A DNA stretch of 63,515 nt, counting the filler, from Octopus bimaculoides (Eukaryota): assembly GCF_001194135.2 (NCBI RefSeq). It is 4 parts of 4 records of this genome, joined end to end, with 100 filler letters (N's around TTAATTAATTAA, not from the genome) between each part and the next. Parts side by side here need not be neighbours in the genome. Positions count along the whole stretch, not along the records: positions 1 to 30,149 come from NC_068987.1; 3 more parts are not named here. The stretch is one strand, 5' to 3'. A program made the translations under genes and the position numbers. The notes beneath the pieces were generated by a model, which was not told the origin of the DNA, made no database searches, and saw only the letters and a list, made by a program, of their open reading frames with translations. Shown one piece after another: positions 1-11,949 of the stretch. Position 1 is the first letter of the stretch. Every line of letters begins with the position of its first letter.

Positions 1-54
<54 letters not shown>

Positions 55-1422
55 TGTGTGTGTCTGCATGTGTATGTGTTGTCAGATTGCTACTGTTCAT
101 CCATTGCAGATGGGTCTTTTCTGCTATTGATGTGAAGCGATAGTTTTATTGAAGCTTTTGGATTTATAAGAGAAATGTGAAAGTTGTAATCTCTCTTATT
201 TGGTAAAAACACTACAATTCTATCATAAATCAACCAATATTGTGTTGGAACAAAAAAAGTCTTTTTTAGTTTATAAACTAAATCTTTCAAAATAATAATC
301 CATTTCTAAAAATTCTGTAAGAGTAGATATGATTGACAGAAGCCAATAGAAGAGTGTTATGTGTATGTATGTATGTATGTATGTATGTATGTATGTATGT
401 ATGTATGTATGTGTGTATGTATGTATGTAATTATTTGAAGTCTTCCTGTAAGGAAGAAGTTAGTTTCTATCATAACAAAGATACAAAGCTCCATCATTGG
501 AATGTAAGTAGCAAAGCAATGTCACATTTTGAACTTGAGCAAAGTCTTGCATATTTTTATTGTTCCACTTACAGATTGTATTTGTAAAGTTCAAGTTAGT
601 TGGTCAATCTCTTTTTCTGAAAACTCCAGCCTTTCCAGATTGGCATTGAGGCATTTTACTAACATAACCAAGTGCACTGATTATCATTAGTATAAATGTG
701 AATTTATAATCTGAGTATAGAAGCTGAAGGTTTTGAAAAAGATGTCCATAGTTATCCTCTTCCTTTTTGGTTTTCAAAGAAATATTCACATCAGCAGGGT
801 AACTAAACTATACAACAGTACATAACCTCTTTTTGCCTGTCCCAAATACATACATAACTTCTTTTTGCATGTCCAAAATAATATCCAGGCTGTTTACATT
901 TGGTAGTTTTGTAAGAATATTCTATCAATATTCCTTGTGTTCATGTTTGTGCATGTATTCAATACAAATTTATATATATAGGCGCATGAGAATAAAAACC
1001 ATCAAAGGTAATAATTATTTAAAATTATAATACAGGGTATCTAAGAGATACCGCCACGCTGAAAAATAGCAATCAAATCTTGACTCTAAACCACAATAAA
1101 TGTCCACATAGCACAAGGAGCGAAGACGAAGACAAAATAAACCAGTAAAAATAACAAGATAATTCCAGATCCTGGATTTCTGGCTTTGCATAAATAATGC
1201 TTTGCCTTCATCGGTGGAATATACTCAAGCACATAAATACAAATATATGTATATAAACAGTATACTTACATATACGGACGTATACACACATATATATGCA
1301 CGTATGTACACGACTAGCTTAAATAGCCTGTCTTCGCTCCTNNNNNNNNNNNNNNNNNNNNNNNNNNNNNNNNNNNNNNNNNNNNNNNNNNNNNNNNNNN
1401 NNNNNNNNNNNNNNNNNNNNNN

Positions 1423-1607
1423 ATCATCGCTTGACAACCGATGCCAGTGTGTTTACGTCCCCGTAACTTAGCGGTTCGGCAAAAAGAGACCGATAGAATA
1501 AGTACTAGGCTTCCAAAGAATAAGTCCTGGAGTCGATTTGCTCGACTAAAGGCGGTGCTCCAGCATGGCCGCAGTCAAATGACTGAAACAAGTAAAAGAG
1601 TAAAAGA
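1423..1607 (+). mobile_element. SINE family A, 3' half (5' part lost in N gap)
   Basis: Matches the 3' body and (AAAAGAGT)-type tail of the full copies at 4303-4721 and 31478-31904. Confidence 0.85.
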
Positions 1608-1960
1608 CTATATAAATGTATATAACAATTTATCCTAAATGGTTTTTCTTTTCAGACAACACTGTATATTTGTTTTAGCAACAACTTTGTGTCACATAGG
1701 CACAATGGTATTTTTCAGTAGCTGCAGATCACATGTAATGTCTCCCACAGAAATCTAACATAATCGACATTATTGGTTGCATCTTGGGGTTCCAAGGGCA
1801 TCTCTGTCTCTTTTTATATATTTTATTGCAATCTCTTGTTCTTGAATTGCAAATTTTTAAGGCATTTGGAGTGAGATGTGGTGTAACAGTCACCAGTTCA
1901 AGAAAGGCTACACTTCATGTTGATATGAGCGTCATCTTTAAGATGGTGAACTGGGAAAAT

Positions 1961-2135
1961 GCTTAGTGGCATTTTATCCATCTTTACATTCTGAGTTAGA
2001 ATTCTGCTAAGGTCGACTTTGCCTTTCATCTTTTCAGGGTTGATAAAATAAGTACCAGTTGAACACTGAGGGCAATCTAATCGACCTCTCTCTTCCTCAA
2101 AATTGCTGGTCTTGTGCCAAAGCTTCAAAGCAATA
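1961..2135 (+). mobile_element. SINE family B, degenerate
   Basis: Shares GAGTT..AATTCTGCTAAGGTCGACTTTGCCTTTCATC...AAGTACCAGTTG core with other B copies. Confidence 0.75.
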
Positions 2136-3150
2136 TCATCTTCAAGTCTTCAGGAAACATGCCCATGCATAATCCTGTTTTAGTATACTGTGTGTTTTAA
2201 GACCAGATCTTCTTTGAAATATGTCATTCCAGCTGTTTTGGGGTTGTATGGGAACTTGTGAGGAAGAGAGTATTTCCTTATTGATGATATATAGGATGTT
2301 GTTGTCTTTGCTTTTCAGTACTAGGTTTGTTTATTTATTTATTTTTGCTACTGTTGTTTAGCAGGTGCTGTTTAAGAGATACTATGAAGCATTTGAAGGT
2401 TGTTTGCACTCATCTCAAGCTTCTACTTCATTCATCTCTTTTTATGTGGCTAGGTTGACCACGAAAAAAAAACTAAAAAAAGAAAAACCAAAATGAAGAA
2501 CCAACTCATGTGTTTAGCTCTTTAGGGTCCCAGTGTTGTAAACAAGAAATTTTGCATGAGCAACATATTGAAATATCATTAACGATTTAGTTTTCGATAC
2601 CTTTACTTCGACAGTCCTCGTCTATATATAGACGATGCACTTAAATCAGTTAGTGGTCATGACACACCTTAAGCTTACTCACTGCAGGAATGTATGCTAC
2701 TCAACTTCAATGATAGCTGCTAGCATTGATGACACATATCTGTCATGGTCACATGCGAACTGACCCACTTAGTGTAAATACCCCTTTCCCTTTGTCTGTC
2801 TCAATGACAGCACATTGCTTTATTATTATCAATGTTTTGTGTTTGGAACATCATACAGATTTCTGTCTGTACCATGATGTATTAAATGGACTACACCTTT
2901 AACGTGACCTTCATACATGACTATCATATGAGCTTAAAACATGGATGTTGCAGAAAACTGACCAAATACTTCCCTTACCTCGACAATCCTCAACTATTCA
3001 ATCTGTACATTAACTGATAGCGACTTGAGCCACATTCTCTCAATGAAAAGGAATGAATTTTAAAACAAGAAGCAGAAACAATACAGTTTATGACACAGCT
3101 CCCTGACCCTGAAAACTTACTCTTTTGAAAATCATATGAATGTGAAACTT

Positions 3151-3634
3151 ACTCTTTTACTCTTTTACTTGTTTCAGTCATTTGACTGCAGCCATGCTGG
3201 AGCACCACCTTTAGTCGAGCAAATCAACCCCACGACTTATTATTTGGAAGCCAAGTACTTATTCTATCTCTTTTTGCCGAACTGCTAAGTTACGGGGATN
3301 NNNNNNNNNCACGACTTATTATTTGGAAGCCAAGTACTTATTCTATCGGTCTCTTTTTGCCGAACTGCTAAGTTACGGGGATGTAAACACACCAGCATCG
3401 GTTGTCAAGCGATGGTGGGGGGACAAACGCAGACACACAAACACACATACATATATATATATACATATGTACGACGAGATTCTTTCAGTTTCCATGTACC
3501 AAATCCACTCACAAGGCTTTGGTTGGCCCGAGGTTATAGTGGAAAACACTTGCCCAAGGTGCCATGCTGTGGGACTGAACTCGGAACCATGTGGTTCGTA
3601 AGCAAGCTACTTACCACACAGCCACTCCTATGCC
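3151..3634 (-). mobile_element. SINE family A, near full length, split by an 11-N gap
   Basis: Reverse complement of the 4303-4721 copy, with tRNA-like head, internal (TA)/(TG) tract and tail. Confidence 0.85.
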
Positions 3635-3711
3635 TTGTTAAGTGTATAAATATTAATTTGAATAAATCTTCATGTACATTCTCTACACACTCTGTGCATT
3701 TTAAACTTCTT

Positions 3712-3762
<51 letters not shown>

Positions 3763-3787
3763 TTATACATACACACACACATAGAGT

Positions 3788-4143
3788 AATAATAATGATA
3801 ATACTTGGATGGAATTTATAAACATTGAATGCATTGCTATGTGCATTTCCATAATTCACATGTCTCTTAAGATCACAATCCATATTCCTAGGATGATTAC
3901 AGTGTAGTCAGTAGTATCTGTGAGCATTGGGCTGATCATCTTCATGGATTCAAAGAAATAAATCCAAGAAGACGGTCAACTCAATACTCATGGACACTGC
4001 AGAGTACACTGTAATCATCCCAGGAATATGGACAGTGATGTTATAAACATTTAATGCTTGTATTAATGAATTAAATGTTTATAATGCATGTATTATGCAT
4101 TAAATGTTTATAAATTCCATCCAAGGATTATTGTCATTATTAT
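3788..4143. repeat. Foldback / MITE-like palindrome, ~170-bp arms, ~10-nt loop
   Basis: Outer arms ..CTTGGATGGAATTTATAAACATT / AATGTTTATAAATTCCATCCAAG..; inner arms CCATATTCCTAGGATGATTACAGTGTA / TACACTGTAATCATCCCAGGAATATGG; centre ~3955. Confidence 0.8.
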
Positions 4144-4302
4144 TATATTTATCCTACGTTATATCGGTACAGCTCAATGCAACTCAAAAAGACTGGGTCA
4201 TTAGTCAGCATCACTAGACTGTGGCTTGCATAATGGAATAGGAGCTTTATTTGCTTATTCAAAATGTTTCCCTTAAACAAATTTAAAAGATATATACATA
4301 TA

Positions 4303-4721
4303 GGCGCAGGAGTGGCTGTGTGGTAAGTAGCTTGCTTACCAACCACATGGTTCCGGGTTCAGTCCCACTGCATGGCACCTTGGGCAAGTGTCTTTTACTA
4401 TAGCCTTGGGCTGACCAAAGCCTTGTGAGTGGATTTAGTAGACGGAAACTGAAAGAAGACCGTCGTATATATGTATATGTATATATATATATGTGTGTGC
4501 GTTTGTGTATCTGTGTTTGTCCCCCCCAACATCGCTCGACAACCGATGCTGGTGTGTTTACGTCCTCGTAACTTAGCGGTTTGGCAAAAGGGACTGATAG
4601 AATAAGTACTGGGCTTACAAAGAATAAGTCCTGAGGTTGATTTGCTCGACTAAAAGGCGGTGCTCCAGCATGGCTGCAGTCAAATGACTGAAACAAGTTA
4701 GTAAAAAGTAAAGTAAAGTAA
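4303..4721 (+). mobile_element. SINE family A, full length (tRNA-like head plus CORE-like segment)
   Basis: A-box-like TGGCTGTGTGGT, B-box-like GGTTCAGTCCC, then CACCTTGGGCAAGTG resembling the CORE-SINE motif, internal microsatellite, simple tail. About nine copies or fragments in the window. Confidence 0.9.
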
Positions 4722-5249
4722 ATATATCTGTACATTAATTGATAGCAACTTGAGCTACATTCTCTCGATGAAAATGAACAAATTTTAGAACAACAAGCAG
4801 AAACAATCCGAGTGAGGTGTATACCACAGGCTACTCTTCAGGCCAAGGATATCTTGATCAAATGGAAGTTTATATTGTTGCAAGGAGGTACGTGTTAACA
4901 CATGGAAGATTCAATCAGAATGTGTAGAGAGCACAGTAGGCATGGAGGATATAAATGTAGAGAGAAATTAGGATTAAAAATAGGAAAAAAGAAAAAAAAA
5001 CATAAGTGAGAAAAAAGGGGAATTTAAGCAAGCTTATTTGACAGGTAGTATTCGATAGCACTATTTTGGCTGAAATCCAGAAATTAGCAAGGGGAGTGGT
5101 ATTTGAAAAAAAAAGATAGTGTGGAGGGGAGAGGGTGGGGAAATATTTTTAGTCAAGTGGGAGAAAAAGATACACATGAAGAAAGCAAGATAAAATGGCC
5201 AAGAATCATTTATATTCTCCACTCCTACAGGGCTCTCTACACATTCTGA

Positions 5250-5462
5250 TTCTTTTCTACTCTAGGCACAAGGCCCAAAATTTTGGGGGAGGATGCCAGT
5301 TAATTAAATCAACCGCAGTATGCAACTGGTACTTAATTTATCAACCCCGAAAGGATGAAAGGCAAAGTCGACCTCAGTGGAATTTGAACTCAGAACATAA
5401 AGACAGACGAAATACCGCTAAGCATGTCACCCGGCATGCTAATGTTTCTGCCAGCTTGGCAC
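5250..5462 (-). mobile_element. SINE family B
   Basis: Minus strand reads A-box-like TGGCAGAAACATTAG, B-box-like GAGTTCAAATTCC and the conserved GTCGACTTTGCCTTTCATCC core. Confidence 0.85.
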
Positions 5463-6837
5463 CTTTCTACACATTCTGATTGACTCTTCTATGCGTTAAC
5501 ACGTACCTCCTTGCAACAATGTAAACTTTCATTTAATCAAGATATCCTTGGCTTGAAGAGTAGCCAGCAGTATACACCTCGCTTGGATATTTACCAGTTC
5601 CAAGATTCCACTCACTATGAAACATATGTAACCCGGATCAAATCTAATCCATTCCTTAACTCTTGTATTCTTATTCGCATACCTATCAGCCCTGGTTGCT
5701 TACTGTGAAATATAAAAAGAGAACTTTCTTCAATTTATTGTACTTCAATAAAAAAGAAAACCTTCCATCTCAATAAACCACTATTGCCCCTGAAAGTTGT
5801 TTTTTTATATTTACTACAGATTACTTGAAGCTAACTTTTTTCCTACACCTCGATCCCTGGACCTTATATATATTTATATATATTGCTGTATTTTGGGATA
5901 GACTTTTTTTTTGCCAAATAAACGCACACTATATATATATATATATATATATNNNNNNNNNNNNNNNNNNNNNNNNNNNNNNNNNNNNNNNNNNNNNNNN
6001 NNNNNNNNNNNNNNNNNNNNNNNNNNNNNNNNNNNNNNNNNNNNNNNNNNNNNNNNNNNNNNNNNNNNNNNNNNNNNNNNNNNNNNNNNNNNNNNNNNNN
6101 NNNNNNNNNNNNNNNNNNNNNNNNNNNNNNNNNNNNNNNNNNNNNNNNNNNNNNNNNNNNNNNNNNNNNNNNNNNNNNNNNNNNNNNNNNNNNNNNNNNN
6201 NNNNNNNNNNNNNNNNNNNNNNNNNNNNNNNNNNNNNNNNNNNNNNNNNNNNNNNNNNNNNNNNNNNNNNNNNNNNNNNNNNNNNNNNNNNNNNNNNNNN
6301 NNNNNNNNNNNNNNNNNNNNNNNNNNNNNNNNNNNNNNNNNNNNNNNNNNNNNNNNNNNNNNNNNNNNNNNNNNNNNNNNNNNNNNNNNNNNNNNNNNNN
6401 NNNNNNNNNNNNNNNNNNNNNNNNNNNNNNNNNNNNNNNNNNNNNNNNNNNNNNNNNNNNNNNNNNNNNNNNNNNNNNNNNNNNNNNNNNNNNNNNNNNN
6501 NNNNNNNNNNNNNNNNNNNNNNNNNNNNNNNNNNNNNNNNNNNNNNNNNNNNNNNNNNNNNNNNNNNNNNNNNNNNNNNNNNNNNNNNNNNNNNNNNNNN
6601 NNNNNNNNNNNNNNNNNNNNNNNNNNNNNNNNNNNNNNNNNNNNNNNNNNNNNNNNNNNNNNNNNNNNNNNNNNNNNNNNNNNNNNNNNNNNNNNNNNNN
6701 NNNNNNNNNNNNNNNNNNNNNNNNNNNNNNNNNNNNNNNNNNNNNNNNNNNNNNNNNNNNNNNNNNNNNNNNNNNNNNNNNNNNNNNNNNNNNNNNNNNN
6801 NNNNNNNNNNNNNNNNNNNNNATATAAGGTGTAAATA

Positions 6838-7078
6838 TGTTTCCTATTTCTTTACTGCCCACAAGGGGCTACACACAGAGGGGACAAACAAGGACAGACA
6901 AACAGATTAAATCGATTATATCAACCCCAGTGCGTAACTAGTACTTATTTAATCGACCCCGAAAGGATGAAAGACAAAGTCGACCTCGGCAGAATTCGAA
7001 CTCAGAGCGTAGCGGTAGACGAAATGCCACTAAGCATTTCGCACGTCACGTTAATATTTCTGTCAGCTCGCCGCCTTA
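6838..7078 (-). mobile_element. SINE family B (variant tail ..CTTGTGGGCAGTAAAGAAATAGG)
   Basis: Same head and core as other B copies. The alternative 3' tail is shared with the 20367-20599 copy. Confidence 0.85.
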
Positions 7079-7081
7079 AGG

Positions 7082-7290
7082 GGTAAAGATGTTTCCTGAA
7101 TCATATAGACTCATAGGGCTGTTTTCCTGATTTCTGTGGTGCATATATTTCCCGACTGGGTGGGGCATTGGTCTATTACAGGATTGCTCATTTTTGCTGG
7201 CTGAGTGAACTGGAGCAATGTGAAATAAAGTGTTTTGCTCAATAACACAACATATCACCTAATCCAAGAATCATGAATCCAACACTCTAA
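7082..7290 (-). mobile_element. SINE family D fragment
   Basis: GAACTGGAGCAATGTGAAATAAAGTGTTTTGCTCAA motif shared with 30860-30940 and 50730-50780. Confidence 0.65.
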
Positions 7291-7491
7291 CCCAGCATTT
7301 CTCAACCAGGGTCCCCCGGAACCCTAGGATTCAGCAAAAGATTCCTATGGGTTCTGCAAGAAAAAGTCAGAAAAGCCAATGCTAATTTCATGATCGCAAT
7401 ATTACTATACATGCACAAGTGGTTCATTTGTAATATTGTAATATAGACATCATCCTATCTAACCTATTACATTATCAAAAATATATAACAA

Positions 7492-7524
<33 letters not shown>

Positions 7525-7529
<5 letters not shown>

Positions 7530-7865
7530 CAATTAGAAAATGGAGGGGAATATGTGGTACTCATCAATTTGCAGATACTGTACTATGTTAATTAACTTGT
7601 TTATTTTTCAACCAAAAGGACAATAAAGATAATATACAAACACATGTGACACACTATGTCATATCAACAATTCAAAATTCAAAATTCAAAAGGACATCTT
7701 GTGACCGAAGAAGGGACAAAGCCTTACAGCTGTTTCAGCCTAGAGGTGGCATGCCCCATTCTATCTATATAACTCCAGTAAGCTGGAGTAATTGGTAGAT
7801 GAAAAGGATGCAATGGAGATACATGCATGATTCTCTAGGCCTCTTCAGAGATTTACAAAGATCAG
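7525..7865 (-). mobile_element. Repeat family G (putative Penelope-like pseudo-LTR) with hammerhead motif
   Basis: Aligns along its length with 48727-49054 and, in reverse, with 46805-47135. Confidence 0.75.
7719..7854 (-). ncRNA. Type I hammerhead ribozyme-like motif (family G copy)
   Basis: Minus strand: AAATCT-CTGAAGA-GGCCTAGAG...CTCTAGGCT-GAAAC-AGCT-GTA-AGGCTT. Confidence 0.6.
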
Positions 7866-7885
7866 TTCATAAAGTGTACAACATT

Positions 7886-7924
<39 letters not shown>

Positions 7925-8099
7925 ATATGTTGCTGAAAATGCACCTAAATTTCAAAAACTCATAAATGTTTAAAATACATTTATTTACATTTATACCAAA
8001 CTTGTTTCAACAATATTTTTTGTTTATCAATGGTAAAAGTTTAAAATTAATGTCAACTGTTCTGTACATAGGTTAACGTCAACTGTTCTGTACATAATC

Positions 8100-8445
8100 A
8101 TCTCTGGCAGATTTGCATGGGGCTACAAGGCTTGCTTTTGATTTGCAGCAGTGATGACATCTGTTGCAGGTGAAGTTACTTGACACAGCAGAGAAGTGAT
8201 GCCTCTCCTGAGCTCTTCCATATTCCCTCTGTTGTTTCTTCTCAGTGACTAGAATTACAAGCTTTAGCAATCAGTGCCATTCATTGTGCTGGAGGGTGTT
8301 CTCCCAGTGTCTGGGGTAATGTTGGAGTTCTTCATATGTCTCTTCAGCACATTCTTGTATTCCAACCTCTGACCACCACAGCTTCCCCTGCCCTGACACA
8401 GTTCAGCATAAAAGAACTCCTCCTTCCTCTCACTGCCTTAATTTT
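8100..8445 (-). mobile_element. RTE-clade LINE 3' fragment (pseudogenised)
   Basis: Frameshifted translation gives LLYAELCQGRGSCGGQRLEYKNVLKRHMK and a C-terminal FTCNRCHHCCKSKASL zinc-finger-like motif typical of RTE ORF2 ends. Confidence 0.65.
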
Positions 8446-8650
8446 TACCTCCGCCTTCGCTAAGGCAGAAGTATTTTTTCAGTCATGTTTGTTTGTCCAT
8501 GGACAAGATATCTCAAGAACCACAGGATGAATTCAGATGAAACTTTCAGGAATGTTTGACCTTGTGACTGGCACAAACTGATTAGGTTTTTGGATCAATC
8601 TGGTACTGGACAAAAATTCTGGATTATTTTTTAATATTTTCTTTACTTTA
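8445..8650. mobile_element. Possible non-autonomous Helentron/HINE-like fragment
   Basis: TTACCTCCGCC..AAGGCAGAAGT hairpin-like start followed by GATATCTCAAGAACC..GATGAAACTTTCAGG motif. Family assignment is from memory of similar elements. Confidence 0.35.
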
Positions 8651-8700
8651 CATGTATATGTAAAGTTAAACATAGTTCTCATAGGAAAGATTGTTATTAT

Positions 8701-8791
8701 ATTCTTCTTCGTCTTCTTCTTCTTCTTCTTCTTCTTCTTCTTCTTCTTCTTCTTCTTCTTCTTCTTCTTCTTCTTCTTCTTCTTCTTCTTC

Positions 8792-8839
<48 letters not shown>
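8701..8839. repeat. Compound (TTC)n(TTA)n microsatellite
   Basis: Direct read; source of the poly-K/poly-N pseudo-ORF. Confidence 0.95.
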
Positions 8840-8841
<2 letters not shown>

Positions 8842-9447
8842 GCTAACCACTGATTTGGTAATCAGCATATAATATAAAGCCATAACTCCACCAATTTTAA
8901 GTCTATCAACAATATTTAATAGCAAATCACAAAATTGAAGAATTCCTGCAGATTGAAAATAACTAGAAAGAAAAGAAGAGAAAAGGAAAGAAAGAAAGAA
9001 AGAAAGAAAGATAAAGAAAAAGGAAGACTGAAAGTAAAAGCTATCAAACAATGCAATCAATAATTGGCAAGTTACTTCAGTTTTTGTAGTTTTGCAGGCA
9101 TTAATATATGATGCTGTTGTTGTTGCTACTGTTGCTAATGTCATTTGTAGAGTAAACAACAAGTCTAAATGGAGTCCATTCATTGGCTGTTAATTAGCAA
9201 CAATAAATTAACTGAAAGTAATAGTACAAGGATAAGAACAAGGTTGAGGTTATTGGACTGTGTGGGAGACAACCAATTGAAAGATCCAGAGCTCATGCTG
9301 TATCTGTATCCAGAAAGCATGACTATTAAATGGTCCAGTGTATTTAGCTGGATACAGAGTGCTTTAGCTGGATACAAGTACAAAAGTGCACTCAGCTGCA
9401 GATAGGTGTGTTTCAAGACGGGTCGGGTAGGTTGCCGATGCTCGTCG

Positions 9448-9497
9448 CTGACGATGAAGGCTGGAGGGTATATCAGCCGAAACGTTGTGTTAACAAC
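9448..9497 (+). ncRNA. Minimal hammerhead-like motif
   Basis: CTGACGA(TGAA)-GGCTG-10 nt-CAGCC-GAAAC-GTTGT-GTT; stem II is perfect, stem I is poor. Confidence 0.4.
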
Positions 9498-9929
9498 AAA
9501 CAAGATGAGGACAAATATCTGTCAAATATAAATAATGTAAATAATGTACATAATTCCTCATCTCTTAAATATAGAACTGTGTTGATCAGTTTGATCTCGG
9601 TTAAAAACTGACATTCATTATATTGTAATTTGGTTGGAATTATGAGAAAGCAAATTTGATCCCAGAAGAAATTTGAACTTAGGATAGAGAAGCATGAAAT
9701 GTTATGTAATCAGATCTGGAATAGCAGTGGGTTATGATCCTTTCTAGGATATTTGTCGCTAGTGGGAGGAGTTGAGGAAATCATTCTCAAACAGGAAATC
9801 TGTTGCAGATTCTTCAAATAATGTGACCTCTACAAAAAGCATCACCTAATTAGCAGGTGTTGGTATTAAACCAAGTGACAGGTCAAGGTGATACAATTAA
9901 ATTCTTTGTTTAGTTTTTACATTTTTGCC

Positions 9930-10190
9930 ATTAAACTACTAGCATGGCCTCTGCTCCATGGAACTGACCAGTCTCAAATCGTCACTACTCAGGCACACCA
10001 CTGCTACTTGTTTCTTTCTCTCTCTTATCATACTTGTTGGATCCATTCCCCTTTCCCTACACTAACCTTCGCCAAAAGATGGCTAGTGCTGGGAAAAGAA
10101 GTTTGGATGCAATCCTTCTTACCGAGAACATCAGTTCTCGAGAATCATTTCTCTGTACTTGTCATTCCTACTGGATGCTGGTGTTGACAT
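9930..10190 (+). mobile_element. CR1/L2-type LINE 3' fragment, highly decayed
   Basis: ORF 9888-10187 contains SFLPRTSVLENHFSVLVIP, resembling the CR1/L2 terminal SFFPRT..LWN.LP motif. Confidence 0.45.
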
Positions 10191-10239
10191 ACAAGAGTTT
10201 CCATGGAAACATTTAATGGCACCAACCTCTGTGGTCTTT

Positions 10240-10540
10240 ATTATTATGGCCAGGTTCCAACCTAGACAACAGCAACAAAGTCCACCTGCCACACTTCTCA
10301 GTCCATCATCACTGCCTCGAGGTCCTGGATACATTCCAGGCCAGTGTCTGCAAACAAGTTGTTGATGTGTGACAGCATTTTCTTCTTACATCACCACGAA
10401 GTGGATTCTACAAGACTAATTTGAATGTTTCCGGCGTGGTGCATGCAGTGACCAGTTAGTCACAGCTGTCTTTGCCCAATCTTCTCACTAACTTTCAGTA
10501 GGTTTCCATAAAGGCATTCAGTTGTCTTGGAGAGCCTGAA
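10240..10540 (-). mobile_element. RTE-type LINE 3' fragment
   Basis: Translation with stops: LYGNLLKVSEKIGQRQL*LTGHCMHH...NLFADTGLECIQDLEAVMMD*EVW. Confidence 0.6.
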
Positions 10541-11265
10541 AGGGTTATGCACTCTGCCCTTCTCTCCAGATTCAATAAAGTAAAAATAAATAAATAAATA
10601 AGTAAAAAAAAAACAACTATACTGACAATATTATTATAGTTTTAGACAATTCCCTTGATATTTTAGTTCCATAAAGGAACATCCCCAAAACATATCAGTA
10701 ATCTACTTACTTTGGAAGAAAACTAAATTCTCTTCTTATAAAGCTTGCAATAAATTTTTAACATTATCACATAATTTAAGTTGGCATTTTCTTCAGATGG
10801 ATTATTATTATTATTATTATTATTGTTGTTGTTGCTGTTGTTGTTGTTGTTGTTGTTGTTGTAGTTGTTGTTCTTATTGCTGTTGTTGCTATATCATATT
10901 ATTTTAATTTATGTATTTATTTTTGTTTATCATTGTAGTGCTGTGAAATAATCAGCTTTAAGACGTCAGCATGTTTTGCAGTTATACCTTCATCTTCATG
11001 GATATATCTTCATAATCGATTAAAAATAAAACAAAAACCGATTTTTGAAGTTTTATAAACTTCTATCACAAAAAAAATATTGTGAATTATTGATATCTTA
11101 ATTTAAAAAAAAAATTGTAAAGCACTGTTTTGAATATAACATCATCATCATCATCATCATAATTATCATTATCATCATCATCATCATTATCATCATCATT
11201 ATCATCATCATCATTGCCACCGTCTCAACACCATTTAAAAATTTGTTTTTCTATTCTATATCACA

Positions 11266-11307
<42 letters not shown>

Positions 11308-11949
11308 CATATATGTGCACATTGTATGCATACATCACATACATCATATGTGTTTGTCTTTCTTTATATACAAGTATATATACACAAATATGCAGACACA
11401 TAAACACATATACACATAGATACAGGGAAATATACACACAACATACATACTTGTGTGTGTGTGTGCATCAGTCTGTTTATGCACATGCATGAAGTGGTAC
11501 ACACACACATACAAATATACATACAATTCAAACATCCTGATCATACACACATGTGCACACATAGACATACAAACATTGACATTTGTGCATGTACTTATCA
11601 TATCTATATAAACATTTTAATTGTTTTTTTTTTTAAACTTTTAAATTAGAAAGGAAGAGTAAGATTTTAAACCTGTTTTTGATAATTTAAGTTTACTGTG
11701 ATTTTTCATTCATCATATTTTCATTTTTAAATTGAAATGTTTTAATAAAAGAAAAAATTTTCTATTTGTTTTCAACATGGAGCCTTATCATTAGGAAACA
11801 ATTACCCATTTATTTTTCTAATGACAAGATATGTATGGCGCTACAGGCAATCATTTAAATTCCTTCTGTTTCCTTTAGCTCAAGCATGGGCAACCTTTAT
11901 CAAAAAACAGGTTGCATAAGACTTAGGTCATCATCAGGTGAGCTGCACT

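Noticed and set aside
3231-3379. ~69-bp tandem duplication on either side of an 11-N gap
   Set aside because: Near-identical overlap differing by a 3-nt indel; typical unmerged haplotype or contig-end artefact.
5825-6910. Long ORFs of 300+ aa in the track here and at 17.3, 33, 49.4, 52, 60.5 and 62 kb
   Set aside because: They are open only because they cross N gaps (X runs).
8052-8096. 19-bp direct repeat GTCAACTGTTCTGTACATA x2
   Set aside because: Only two units, next to a LINE 3' end; not a CRISPR array. No CRISPR-like structure was seen anywhere in the window.
8533-9183. Poly-[14 protein letters not shown] and poly-L/S ORFs throughout
   Set aside because: Translations of microsatellites with no coding signal.
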